A stretch of 64,000 nt of DNA from positions 36,147 through 100,146 of the forward strand of contig NIVC01001354.1 in NCBI GenBank assembly GCA_002269645.1, in the 5' to 3' direction. Positions 51,937 to 64,000 of this stretch are shown here, piece by piece. A program made the position numbers and the translations under genes. Each line of letters begins with the position of its first letter. The stretch's first letter is position 1. Source of the DNA: Macrostomum lignano. Lineage: Eukaryota. The notes below the pieces were generated by a model. The model worked only from the letters and a program-made list of their open reading frames with translations, made no database searches and was not told the origin of the DNA.

Positions 51937-54900
51937 GATGCTGAAGGTGGGGTAAGCAAGGCATTGTGCTAATTTATTGTCATATTAAAAAATCTTACTT
52001 TCCTACTAACAGTAACCTAAATATTCACAGTTTTCTTAAATGTTTGGCTTGAAAATTAATGATTAATTTTATAAGTTTCCATAGAATAATTAATATATGT
52101 AAAAACACACTTAAAATATAAATTTCTATACTTAGCAATACTATACTTAGGCCAGCATTAATTATATATAAGAATCTAATCAAGGCACAAAACTATCATC
52201 TCTAGCACTCACAGATGGTTAAGAAATAGTAGAAACAGGCAGATTTAGAAATATAAAATGAGGGATGGATTTTAATCAAAAGAGTAAGGGTGCCATAATA
52301 TAGCCAAGAGGGGCACTATAATATTAGACTGAGGGGAGTGGGGACCCTTTTTAGCCCAAAGGACAAGGGGCACCATTATCACCAACTACAAGTAAAGGCA
52401 AGGTTTGGCCACCCCTTGCCTTACTTAAATCTGTTAATTTTTAAAATAAACAATAAATAATTTTAATTTTAATTTTAATAATAAAAAACAAGCCTATATA
52501 GAATAAAATGTTGGTTATTTAGCATTCTATTTTGATAATTGCATTCTATTTGCATTCTAAGCTTTGTTAACTAGAATCCAAATTCATGATATCAATATAA
52601 AGTGATTGAAGTCTTATAAGAGCTAAATGCAAATTTGATATATAAAATAGTAAAATACTATTAAGGATAAATCCCAAGTCTAGATTTCTTACATAGCCAA
52701 AAATTGAGCATCATATGCTTTGCCTTTACTTGTAGTAATACTCTAGTGTATAAATAAAATTAAAGAAATAAAAAAATAAATAGAACTAATTATATAGCCA
52801 AGATATATCAAATTAAAATCAGGGTCATGATATGCTTTAATCAGTATTGTCACTAATAGATTTTCCATTAGAACTATAAACTATAAAGTATAGATAAGAG
52901 AGTTTGTATATTAATGAATACATTATTTCATTTGCTAGCCTATTTTTGTATAATTGATACAATGATATTACTGAGAAATTTAGGCCTATACAATCTACTA
53001 GATTTTTTGCTTTGGCAGAGTATTGAATTGGCAACATTAGCTATGCCTATGTTTATATAAAAAACTGATCCATAATATAGGAGCTGAACTATTTTTTTTG
53101 CTCTTGTTATTTATTTATTTATTAAATAAACTATATATTTCAATATACACTTTTAAGATTATTTTTATTTATGGACCTATTTTTTATCTAGAATCTCCAG
53201 CTAGAAATGTTTTTAAAATACTAAGTCTAGCCATATAAGCATTTTTAGCTTAGCAAAATAAGTGGCGCACGATCAAGACTGCCACAGCTCTTACTGGCTA
53301 CTGGAATTGAGGGGGAGCTACGAATCTTCCAGCATTGCTATTGGTTGTGATGGGTTATGGAGTTAGATGAGGAGGAAGTGTCCCAAGATTGGTCACAAAT
53401 AAGTGGCCCAAAACAATTGCAAGTCAATCAAGGCAATTTTAACAATATCTCTAACAAAACTATAATTTGTTACTTTTAGCAATAGATAAGCATGAATATT
53501 GCTTTTGAGAGCAAAAGCTTGAGTAATTAGATTTAACTTCACTTTCAAAAAAGCGTCTCTCAAAATGCAATTGCAGGTTGCTGTAATTTGAAAAGTTTTT
53601 TTACCAGCTCGCACATTCGTATATTTGGCGTCTGGGTGCATAGTGCATTATGGACAAACAAACCAACTCAGGACCACATTTGAAACTGCAAATTAAGAAT
53701 GCAGTTAAGTCAAGAGCCTTTTTCACAGCTTTCTACTAATAGTAGCTGTTTAATTAGGATTGATAGTTCCTTTACAATTCAAATTGAATGAAAAAAACGA
53801 GGAGGGCTCACTTACCCACCCAGCCCGCTCACTGGTTCCTCTCTTGCGGCCTTGTTGTCCCCATCTCACCCTGCTCCCCCAGCACCATCCAATAACATGG
53901 CGAGCTAAATTCCTCCCCCTAGCTCCCCCAAGTGTGGCGGTCTTGGTGTGTGGCAGTCTTGGTCCTACACCAAATAAGTCAATAACAAATAAGACAAGGA
54001 TTAAAGATCATCTATACTACTTACTAGGATTAGCAATGCTAGGTTATTGCGAGGTTATTATCAAAAAAATCCAAATTTTGTATATTATCATTTATTTGTC
54101 TATCAAATTTGATTCTTTTTGTTTGTATAATTATTATTTGTTGTGTGATTTGATACAATGGTTTAAATGCTCAACTAGCCTCATCTGATAAGTGTGAATA
54201 AGCTTTAAGTCTTTACAAGTAAAAAGTCACAGGGTAAAAAGTCAACAAGTGACGCAAGGTATTAGTCCAAAGCAAGAGATTGAAATCACAATATACTAAA
54301 TCTCTAATAGGTTTCTGAATTCCTAATCTGGAAATGCCAGCAGACAAAAAGGCGGCAGACTTTTCATTTATGATGAAAAATAAGTTGGCGTCACTTTCGA
54401 CGAAAATTTTCAAATATGAACGAAACATAAATTTTAATAAAATAACTACAAGCTGATATAATTAAGCACCTCGTGTCACTAAAATAACTACATCTATAAA
54501 TTTTATTTTTTATAAAAAATAAATTGTGTCTGTAACAAAAGCAACTTGTCACCGAAACGACTATTTGTCACGAAAACGTCTGTTCCACAGAAACGAAGCT
54601 GTCACCGAAACGACCGGTACCCTTCTCTATCATGATAGGCCTAATAGGCTCATCTTCTATTATTAGCACCTGCTCTTGGGTATAGGTGTTTCTTGTCTCT
54701 TTTTAGCTAGTCCTACAGATTTTTTACTTCTATATTAGTAAAGCTTAGCTAGCTTCAGGCTTCCTAAGTGTAAAATGGCCACAAAGGACTTAGCATCTTT
54801 GCTAGACAACTAGTATTATTAGCAGAATTAGAAGCAAGTTACTAGTATATTGGCTTCTTGTGAAAATTAAATTGTATCTAGTTTCATCTTCATCTACCTA

Positions 54901-57104
54901 TGTAAATCTTGCTGCAAGTGCTTGCTTTGTCTTGACAATATGCTGACCTTTGATTGATTCTAAGCAGGTAAAGTAGCCTAGCAGATTCTTCTTTGTAGGT
55001 TCTCCTTCCAATTACCCTTCTAGCTCCCAAAACTGGGATAATAGGCCTACCGCCTATATAATAGAACTTGAAGGCATCTAGCCATCACAGCTAATAGACT
55101 TGTCAAATTGACAATTAACTAATATAAGTAATTGGCAATCTTCAAGTTTCGTTCGTTTAATTATTTCCGGAATTATTTCGCCCTCTATTCAAGGGTGGTG
55201 GGGGGGGGGGGGGGGTGTTGGAATTAAACGAACGAAACTTGAAGATACCCAAGTAATTAATAAGGCAGAAAAGAAATGAAGCAGAGGACAAGGACAAGGG
55301 CCAAAGCCACGGGTCTGCGGTCATTTTGTCTGCTGCCTTTTCGTCTGCCAAAGAATTTTAGCAGACGAAACGACTTTTTTATTTATGTTTATTTTGGTTC
55401 ACTTATTTAGTATTTTTTATGTAGGGAATTAAAATAAATTAGTATAAGCAAGTTTTAAGTATGTTTTCTTATTTATTTATATTAATATAATGAATAGATT
55501 AGCTGAATTATCTATGATCAATTAATAGTTACAATAGTTTGTGGGAAAAAGCATAGACATAGTAGACAAATTGAGTCAACTAAATTGAAAAGTACAAGGC
55601 TGAATTGCAAAACAGAAAGTAGGCCTACAAATATTTGGTAGTTAGAAATATGATAAGACTGAAGGTTGTCTACTCATAGGAAAAGTGCTAGTGCTAGAAG
55701 GCTAGGTCTGCTTATTTTTGTTAGTAATAATAATATAGTATTTTATAATAAAAGACTAACAAAAGACTATTATTAATTGAATGAGTATAATTATAAACTA
55801 GAAAAAATTTTCTACTTAATATACAATTAGCACTTATATTTGTACCAAATCATAAATTATCTCATAATTGACAATGTTTTGCAATATAGAGAGTAATTTG
55901 TTTTGCATATCATTTTTATAGACATTACTTATAGTAAAGTAATAAGAAAATTGTAGTTGTTTAAAACTTAGTAATTAATAAAATGGCATTTCTTAAGGAC
56001 CCCCTTAGTCTTATCACGACACAACATATTTATATTTAAATAATAAAATGCAAGTGATTAGGTAGGCCCTAATTAATGGATAATATATATAACTAAAATA
56101 AAATCTATCAAAAATGGATTATTTTGAATGTTTTTATTATTTAGTTTTAGCTTTTAAAGTCATTTATTGACATTCATTCATATTCATGATATATTCATGA
56201 CATTTATATTGATTGACATTGGTAACTAGTTTATCTGATACTAAGTAGTGACTGAAAAGTGCTTAATTGATACTTTCATGTAAATATATTGTATATAAAT
56301 GTACTATTCATTTTTTATCTCTTCTATATGCTATATTCAAAAACCCTTATTGGCTCAAAAAGATACTAGAAAATCAATGTAGGCTTTTAGCAACTTGTTT
56401 CAAAAATATACATGCCCAACCTCAAAATTTCACCTGTCTAGTGCAACTTAGTTCCTCTCAATTGTGACTTAGTTCTCCCAATTGCAATTTAATTTTCACT
56501 TTGTATATTACTTTTCTTGCTTTTTTTCTGTTCTTCTCTCTCTCTTTCCCCTCTCTTTCTTTTCTCTCCTTTCTTTTTCTTTTCCTCCCCTTTCTTTCTT
56601 CTCTCATTTTTTTGTTTTTTTTTGAATTTTTGATTTTGCAACTTACCTTGGCCAGTGGCCATTTCAGCCATCTAGTTTGGATGGGTTGGATGAGTGTTGG
56701 GCATGTATGTTCAAAAATGATCATTTGTTATCTTTATCTTTTGGTTAGTCTTTTGAAGAGTTCACTTAATATACCTATTTAACATGATTAATAAGACTTT
56801 ACTAACAAGACTGTAAAGTTAGAGCTACAATATTGTGACAAAATTTTTAATGTCTAGAATTCAAATAATTTGAAATTCTGAATTAGCATACTTGTACTAT
56901 ATATCTTGTTTCATCTTTCATTGTATTTTTATGACCTACCCTTGGTCTACCATAGCTTTGGCTAGTTGGGCTGGAAGTTGCACATTTTTTATATTTTTAA
57001 CAAATTCAGATATGCCTGAAAAAAAAATCTACCGCATTATATGTAAACATCAATTGATATTTGAGCTTCTAATGTAGCTTTTATAGATTTGATCTTCTTA
57101 TCTC

Positions 57105-60100
57105 ATGGACCCAGTGCAGCAGCTGGGTGTCCCCAGTCAGCTACCAGGCAGTTTGAGCTGGCTGCTCACCTGCCAGGTGGACTGCATGCTGCAGGCTGCT
57201 GGTGAGCCATCGCTAGCTGCTGACTGCCAGCTCAAGATGGAGCAGCTGCTGGCTTCACTGGAGGCATTCGTGTCTGGCCCAGAGTCTGTCCAAGGGATTT
57301 TTCAAGAGGAGGAAGCCAGCAGAGTTTTTGGCACTGCATGCGGTGCTGCCATAGCAGAAGGGCAGCCAATTTTCTACTGCATGTAAGCAACAAAATAAGA
57401 GCCGTGTTGTCTTTTTGCTAATTTATGCCAACTAGAAAGTAAACCGTTTGTTAATTAGGCCTATCCAGCCATTTAGGTCTTGCAATTCTGTTCTGTTGCT
57501 CCAGAGACTGCTCACCGGACAGTGCAGACTGCGCTCTGTGCTCAGCCTGCTTTCTGCGCTCAGAGCACAGGCAGCATCGGTACCGGGTGAGTGAGTTGCG
57601 AACTTGCTAATGAATGGCTGACTGTTTTATCATGGGTGACAGCATGGCATTTGACTGCCATGTGGACCCTGTTTTCATGCAGGGGGAGGGGCTTGAGGAT
57701 ATCTAGAAGTTGAGGCTTGCCTGATGTCAAAGAAATTCGCAGCAATAAGGTGTCCATAGTCACCTGGTGCCACCTGTTGAAGGCCCAGAATCTCCGTCTG
57801 GGTGAATACCAGTGATTAACGAAGTCAGAGCTGATGCAGACGCATGCGGTTGATGTGCTGATGAAATTTGGAGACTTGGCAAGGCGACACTTATGGGGAC
57901 AAAAATCCGACCTTCTGGAAGAATCGTTGAATATCTCGACGGTCTCGAGAGCTGGCGTCTTGATTCTTGCGACAAAAAGTTAGTCCGTGTTCTTGAATTT
58001 CGTGTGCCTGCATTGCTCCGTTCCGGCGCACACGCTCATACGGGGTGTACAAAAGCTCTGACGACTGACGTCATCGCCAGATATTCAAACATGTCCTTAC
58101 AATTCATCTGACTCCAGTCTGTCAACTGGTGCAACCACGGGTTTCTTCTAGGGCAGTTGCCGGTTCCAACTGTGCTTTTATATTGACCTTGACAGTGGGA
58201 TCTCGCTGGCATCTGTGGCGACCTCTGCGACTGCGGCGATCCGGACGCATTGTCCAGCGGCAGCATCTGCGGCTGCTCGGAGCACCGCATCGACACGCCG
58301 CGGCCTTTGCCGCTGCCATCTGGCACAGTTGACCGATTCGACGCGCTGACAGTCCAGCTGCTGCAGCTCGGCACTGACGCTGAGCCTGGCAGCGACGCCG
58401 GCACCAACGATTCCGACCCTCTGGACGGCAGGCTCGCGCCGGCCTCCTCAAAGCCAGACTTCGCCGTTGTCCTGCTGGCCGACGGCCGACTCCGCCGGTC
58501 CGCCTTGGCCTCCTGCCTCGGCCTTCGCCCGGGCCCCGCCGTTGCCGGCATCGGCGCAGAGGCCGAGGCCGAAGGTCGCTCAGTTGCTCCGGTCGCTGGC
58601 GGCCGGGAGGCGGCCGACGCAGCCTGCGCCGACCTGCTTGAAGCCGACGGTGGCAAAACAACTGGAGGACTGCGGCGCTGCTGGGTGGAGCCGGCGAGGC
58701 GGGCAATGCTTCGAAGCCTCGCCTACCGACTGCTCGGCTGGCTGGCCGCGGCTGCTCAGAAGCATCGTGAGTGGCTTCCGTGATTGCTTGTGCGGGCTCG
58801 CTATGCTCAGTGGCTTCCGTGATTGCTTGTGCGGGCTCGCTATGCTCAGTGGCTTCCGTGATTGCTTGCACGGGCTTGCTATGCTCAGTGAGAAAATTTG
58901 TCCCACATCTACCATGAGAATCGTGCCACTTCTACCCTATATACCATAAAAAATCGTCCCACTTCTACCTCATCTACCATAGTCGTTCCATTTCTACCCT
59001 ATCTACCCTGAGAATCATTTCAATCCTATTCTATCTATTATGAAAATCGTCTCATTCCAACCCCCTCAGCTGACCTTCACACCGTCCTGTGCCGCCGCCT
59101 GCTGTCCGGCGCCCATCCCGCAGCCGAGCGGCTTCTGCTTGCCGCCGATCGCCTCTGGCGCGGCGCCCGACGCTCCGTCGCGGCCGTGCTGGCGCGGCTG
59201 CTTGCCAGCGGCGAGTCTGAAAGCCGGCAGCGGCTGGCGGAAATCTGCCTGCGCAACTATGCCGTCCTGCTGCGGACTCGATGCGAGCTTGGCGGCGACG
59301 GGGCCGAGTCAGTTATGCGGCTGTGCGGCCGAGCCTATGGATCCGCTGCGCTGGTGAGTTCTGTTGAGTAGCTGAAGACCAGCAGATGTTGTGTAGCTGC
59401 TGGGATATGCGAATACAATATAGTCAGTCAGTCAGTCACTCACACACACACTCGCTCGCTCACTCACTCACTCGCTCACTCACTCACTCACTCACTCACT
59501 CACTCACTCACTCGCTCACTCACTCACACTCACTCACTCACACTCTCACTCACTCACTCACTCACACTCTCACTCACTCACTCACACTCTCACTCACTCA
59601 CTCACTCACTCACTCGCTCACTCACTCACTCACTCACTCACTCGCTCACTCACTCACTCACTCACTCACTCACTCACACTCTCACTCACTCACTCACACT
59701 CTCACTCACTCACTCACTCACTCGCTCGCTCACTGACTCGCTCACTCACTCGCTCACTCACTCACTCACTCACTCACTCACTCACTCACTCACTCACTCA
59801 CTTCTGGCATTCCCGCTGTTAATTGTCAGACTCGCCACCTGCTGGCCAAACATGACGGCCTGGCAACAATGCTGCGCGCTCTTGTCGGCGCCGCCCTGAC
59901 TCGCGGGTCAACGGCAGCGGAGGAAGCAGCCAAGCCGCCTCTGGAGCCGCTCGACTTCCCAACTGGCGACCCCAGGGCCCGCTCGGTCTGGTCCGGCGCT
60001 GAGCTCGCCTTTGCCGACGCCCTGCGGCTTCTCCGGGCGGCGTCAGCGGCTGGCCAGGCCGGGCCGGCGCTCGCCTCGGCGCCGCCCGCCCTTCTGGACG

Positions 60101-63100
60101 CCTGCGCCGCGCTGCAGGACGCCGGCCGGGTGCGTCGCCTGTCGCCTGCCGACTGTCTGCCTGACCGCGAGGTCGACTGGGAGGCCGCGCAGCGACTCGA
60201 CTCGGCCTGCGTCCAGCTCTGCTGCTGCTTCAGCCAGCAGCTCCTGCAGCTCAGCGCTGCCGCTGCTGACGCCTGCGGACCGGCTCTGAGCGCGGCCGCC
60301 GAGCGACTTCGACAAACTCCTCCAGATTGCGCAACGCTGGAAGCGGAGGGCGACGACGACGTCTCAGAGATGCGGCTCGGCAGCGGCCTGCGGCTGGTCG
60401 GGCGGCCGCTCCGCTCGCTGATGAATGGCCGGGTCGCCGCTTCGCACTCGCAACCGCTGGCTCGTCTGGTCGGCACCCTGGCTTTGGCGGCCGTTCAGAG
60501 CGGCTCGCCGGCCTCCATTGTCCGCCTGGCCGCCTCCGGCCACCCCGGCTGGGAGGCGGCGGTGGCCACTTGGCTGCGCCAGCTGGCCTGGTCAGGGCAG
60601 TCCGCTGCCGGTCTCTGGCGACGAAGCGGCAACGCGCTCTGTCGGGCCAACGTTCGCTATGCACAGGTGAGATCCTGCACGGATACTTTTGACTGCATGA
60701 CGATGCCCCTCCTTTATCCTCAGTTGCTAGGCTGCCATCCACCCAAATCCTCAGTTGCTAGGCTGTCACCCACCCAGATCCTCAGTTGCTAGGCAGTCAC
60801 CCACCCAGATCCTCAGTTGCTAGGCAGTCACCCACCCAGATCCTCAGTTGCTAGGCGGTCACGCACTCAGTTACACAGGCCCCTCAGTCTAGGTTGTTTC
60901 CTCTCCGAATACTTCGATTTACTGCCAGTAAAAATTGGCAATGCTGCCGCAGGAGCCGGTCCCCCAGCTGCTAGACATTCGAGCCCTGCAGGCTGCCGCC
61001 GCCGTGGCTCCGGACGCTGATCAGTTCGTTCTTCGCCTGCTGGACGCCTTCGATCTGCGCCGCTGGGCAGCCGTCGACTTGTCCGGAGACCAGCAGCTGC
61101 CAGAGTGCGACGGCGAGGAGGCGGCCAACCGGTCCAGCGTTGAAGAGGCGCTCCGGCTTCTGCTCTGCCTCGCTTGCCTGCGCCGTCTGCCCGGCGTGTC
61201 GCCCGATGCCAGCGTGTCGGACGCGGTGGAAGAGGAGCTGTCGGTGCGCCTCCTGACGACGAGCGGCCCGCTGTCGCATTCAGCGCTGACCGCCGTGGCC
61301 AACTCAGTAGCTCGCGCCGCGTCCATTGGCCGCCTGCCAGCAGCGTCGGCGCCTTCGGCTGCTCAGATCGACGCCCTGATCGGCCGCCTGGCCGAAGCCG
61401 ACTCCCCGTCCCGCGGTTGGCGACTCCGCGATGCCGCCCGTCAGGCAGCCGCCGTGAGCCCGGGCCACCCCCGCCTTTCCCGCCCGGGCCTCGCCAAAAT
61501 TCTCCTAGCGGCTCGTCCTGACGGATCGCCCGACCTCCGCCTGCCGTCGTTGCTGCCGCTGGCAAAGGCCTTCGCCCCGCTGAGCCGGCTGCTGGTGTGC
61601 GAGGCCACCCAGCTGGTCCTGCTGGCCGTGCTGGAGCGCTGCGCCCGCAGCCGAGTGCACCGCCTCTGGTCTGAGGCGCAGGTCGAGCGCTGCCTCCTGC
61701 TGCTGATCTACGGCATCGGCGAGTCGCCGGGCTCTGTGCAGTGCCGCCTTCTATCAGCCCTGGCCGCCGTGCCTCGCTGCCACCTGCCCGCCGAGTCGCT
61801 GTCCCGCCGCCTACTCGACCTGGCTTTGACCGAGGCCCGCCGAGTCTTCGGCCTGCAGCCGGGCGACCCTGTCATTGAAGACGACCTCGGCGGCAAAGTT
61901 GATGCCGAAGCCGACGATGATGGCGACTCGCGGCATCGACGTCAGCGAATGAAGGCGGCCCGCCAGGCGGCTCTGGCGCGGATGGCCGCCCAGCAAAGGC
62001 GGTTTTTGGCCGGCCTGGCCGATGATGCGCCGGTCGCTGGCGACTCTGCCGTCGACTTCGTGGCAGCGACGCCGAGCGCATCGACAGCGTCACGTCACCT
62101 GATCGGCAGTCGGCTGTCGCAACCGCCGCCTCCCTGGCCAAGCGCCGTCTGCATCGTCTGCCAGGTCGAGGACCCGTACGTCCGCGGTTCGAGTCTGCTT
62201 GTCAGCGGCTGCCTTGTCCAGCTGTCCACGGCGCTGTCCTGTCAGCGAGGCCGCATCAGGCAGCCGGACTGGCCTGCTGCACCGGTGGAGGCGGACCTGC
62301 TTGAGGGCGTTCACGTGGCCTCCTGTGGGCACGCCTTTCACCTGGCTTGCTGTCCGCAGGTGAGCGGCTTCGTTTAACCCCTGGTGCCACTTTTAGACTG
62401 AATATATAAATAAATCTAAAGGTATAAAATGAATAAAAGGTCTGGGGTTCGTGAGGGACTGTAGGATATATATGAGAAACCGAAACCAAGGACACAATGG
62501 GATACCAGAATCCCATCCCAAATGGCTGTGGGATGCCAGAATCCCATCTCATATGGCTGTGGGATACCAGAATCCCATCCCATATGGCTGTGGGATATCA
62601 GAATCCCATCCCATATGGCTGTGGGATGCCAGAATCCCATCCCATATGGCTGTGGGATGCCAGAATCCCATCTCATATGGCTGTGGGATACCAGAATCCC
62701 ATCCCATATGGCTGTGGGATATCAGAATCCCATCCCATATGGCTGTGTGATACCAGAATCCCATCCCATATGGCTGTGGGATACCAGAATCCCATCCCAT
62801 ATGGCTGTGGGATACCAGAATCCCATCTCATATGGCTGTGGGATATCAGAATCCCATCCCATATGGCTGTGGGATCCCAGAATCCCATCCCATATGGCTG
62901 TGGGATATCAGAATCCCATCCCATATGGCTGTGGGATACCAGAATCCCATCCTTAAGTACATTAACTACGAATTGGCGCCACAGTTATCCAAATGCAACC
63001 CGCTGTGCCTCTCAAGATTCCGCAAGATGTCGCTGGTCCGTCTGCCGTCTTCCACTGCCCTCTGTGCCGCCAGCCCTGCAACGCCATTCTGCCGCTGCTG

Positions 63101-63236
63101 CCGCCAACCGCCGCTGCTTTTCCTAAACGGGCTCGCGCTCTCGACTCGGTGGACGTTGCCTTCGACGACTGGCTGGAGGGACTGCGGTTTACCGTGGCCA
63201 ATTCCTTTCATTTCACCGGCCAGACACCTGGCGACG
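57105..63236 (+). CDS. Divergent UBR1/UBR2-like N-recognin E3 ubiquitin ligase (5' part; continues beyond the window)
   Basis: Exons 57105-57382, 57505-57586, 58196-58766, 59070-59353, 59830-60666 and 60953-62359 are phase-consistent; a further exon lies at ~62985-63236. UBR box (C..CSPD..CALCSACF..H..HRY..CDCGD..C..H); LWRGARR..NY; GLWRRSG; DIRALQ; RQAALARMAAQQRRF; RING-H2 CIVC..GVHVASCGHAFHLAC..FHCPLCRQPCNAILP. Confidence 0.85.
58770..58890. repeat. 39-bp repeat x3 starting at the donor of UBR intron 3
   Basis: GTGGCTTCCGTGATTGCTTGTGCGGGCTCGCTATGCTCA units. Confidence 0.88.
59428..59802. repeat. (CACT)n microsatellite, UBR intron 4
   Basis: Tetranucleotide run with variants. Confidence 0.95.
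60715..60860. repeat. 31-bp repeat x4-5 (CCTCAGTTGCTAGGCAGTCACCCACCCAGAT), UBR intron 5
   Basis: CAGTTG recurs at 60721, 60752, 60783, 60814 and 60845. Confidence 0.9.
62497..62952. repeat. 31-bp minisatellite (ATATGGCTGTGGGATACCAGAATCCCATCCC)n, UBR intron
   Basis: About 14 units. Confidence 0.93.
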
Positions 63237-63297
63237 GTGGGTTTTGAATTCAGACTGCTGGCGATCTTGGTTCCCAGGTTAGGGTGCTTAATACGGG

Positions 63298-63880
63298 TTC
63301 CCTGTTCTGGATTCCCCGTTCTGGGTTCCCCGTTCTGGATTCCCTGTTCTGGATTCCCCGTTCTGGGTTCACCATTCTGGATTCCCGTTCTGGGTTCCCC
63401 GTTTTGGGTTTCCCGTTCTGAGTTCCCCGTTCTGGATTCCCCGTTCTGGATTCTCCGTTCTGGGTTCCCCGTTCTGAGTTCCCCGTTCTGGGTTCCCCGT
63501 TCTGGGTTCCCCGTTCTGGGTTCCCCGTTCTGGGTTCCCCGTTCTGGGTTCCCCGTTTTTGGTACCCCGTTCTGGGTTTCCCGTTTTGGGTTTCCCGTTC
63601 TGAGTTCCCCGTTCTGGATTCCCCGTTCTGGATTCTCCGTTCTGGGTTCCCCGTTCTGGATTCTCCGTTCTGGGTTCCCCGTTCTGGGTTCCCCGTTCTA
63701 GGTTCCCCATTCTAGGTTCCCCATTCTGGGTTCCCCATTCTGGATTCCCCGTTCTGGGTTCCCCATTCTGGATTCCCCGTTCTGGGTTCCCCATTTTGGG
63801 TTTCCCGCTCTGGGATTCCCCGTTCTGGATTCCCCGTTCTGGATTCCCCGTTCTGGATTCCCCGTTCTGGGTTCCCATTT
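63298..63880. repeat. 14-bp minisatellite (CCCCGTTCTGGGTT)n, UBR intron
   Basis: Direct repeats after the donor at 63237. Confidence 0.92.
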
Positions 63881-64000
63881 GTGAGCTCCGGGTTTCTATC
63901 TAAGTTTTCAGTTCTGGTTTCCAAGTAGTGGGTTCCTGGTTATGAATTCTGAATCCCTGGTTTTCGAGTTCGGGATCTGAGATGCCGGGACAAGTGCATT

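Noticed and set aside
52000-57080. Short ORFs in the AT-rich LSM8-UBR intergenic region
   Set aside because: Low-complexity AT-rich translations (F/L/K/I-biased) with no coding bias or motifs.
58036-62341. Numerous minus-strand ORFs over the UBR exons
   Set aside because: Antisense shadows of very GC-rich coding sequence; the conserved motifs are all on the plus strand.

Overview
Eukaryotic (animal) genomic DNA: GC-rich, GC3-biased exons are separated by introns largely filled with intron-specific mini/microsatellites. The style suggests a free-living flatworm such as Macrostomum; this is inference, not a database result. Most long ORFs in the supplied track are tandem-repeat artefacts or antisense shadows. 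I reconstructed spliced genes by hand from GT/AG sites and phase matching: the 3' end of a GT32 (alpha-1,4-glycosyltransferase-like) gene, tRNA-Pro(AGG), thioredoxin, a CRAL-TRIO/Sec14 gene, a 4E-T/EIF4ENIF1-like gene, an orphan coding exon, a bombesin/CCHamide-type GPCR, LSM8, and the 5' part of a divergent UBR1/2-like E3 ligase. The most notable structure is an 8.55-kb foldback-type Mutator-like transposon (24649-33196) with an exact 9-bp TSD. Its inverted arms are built from a 186-bp unit (about 30 copies on the left, about 2 on the right), and its decayed internal frame fuses a MULE/NOF-like transposase C-terminus to an intron-containing Ulp1/C48 protease-like domain. It lies between two inverted copies of a ~250-300 bp hAT-type MITE.
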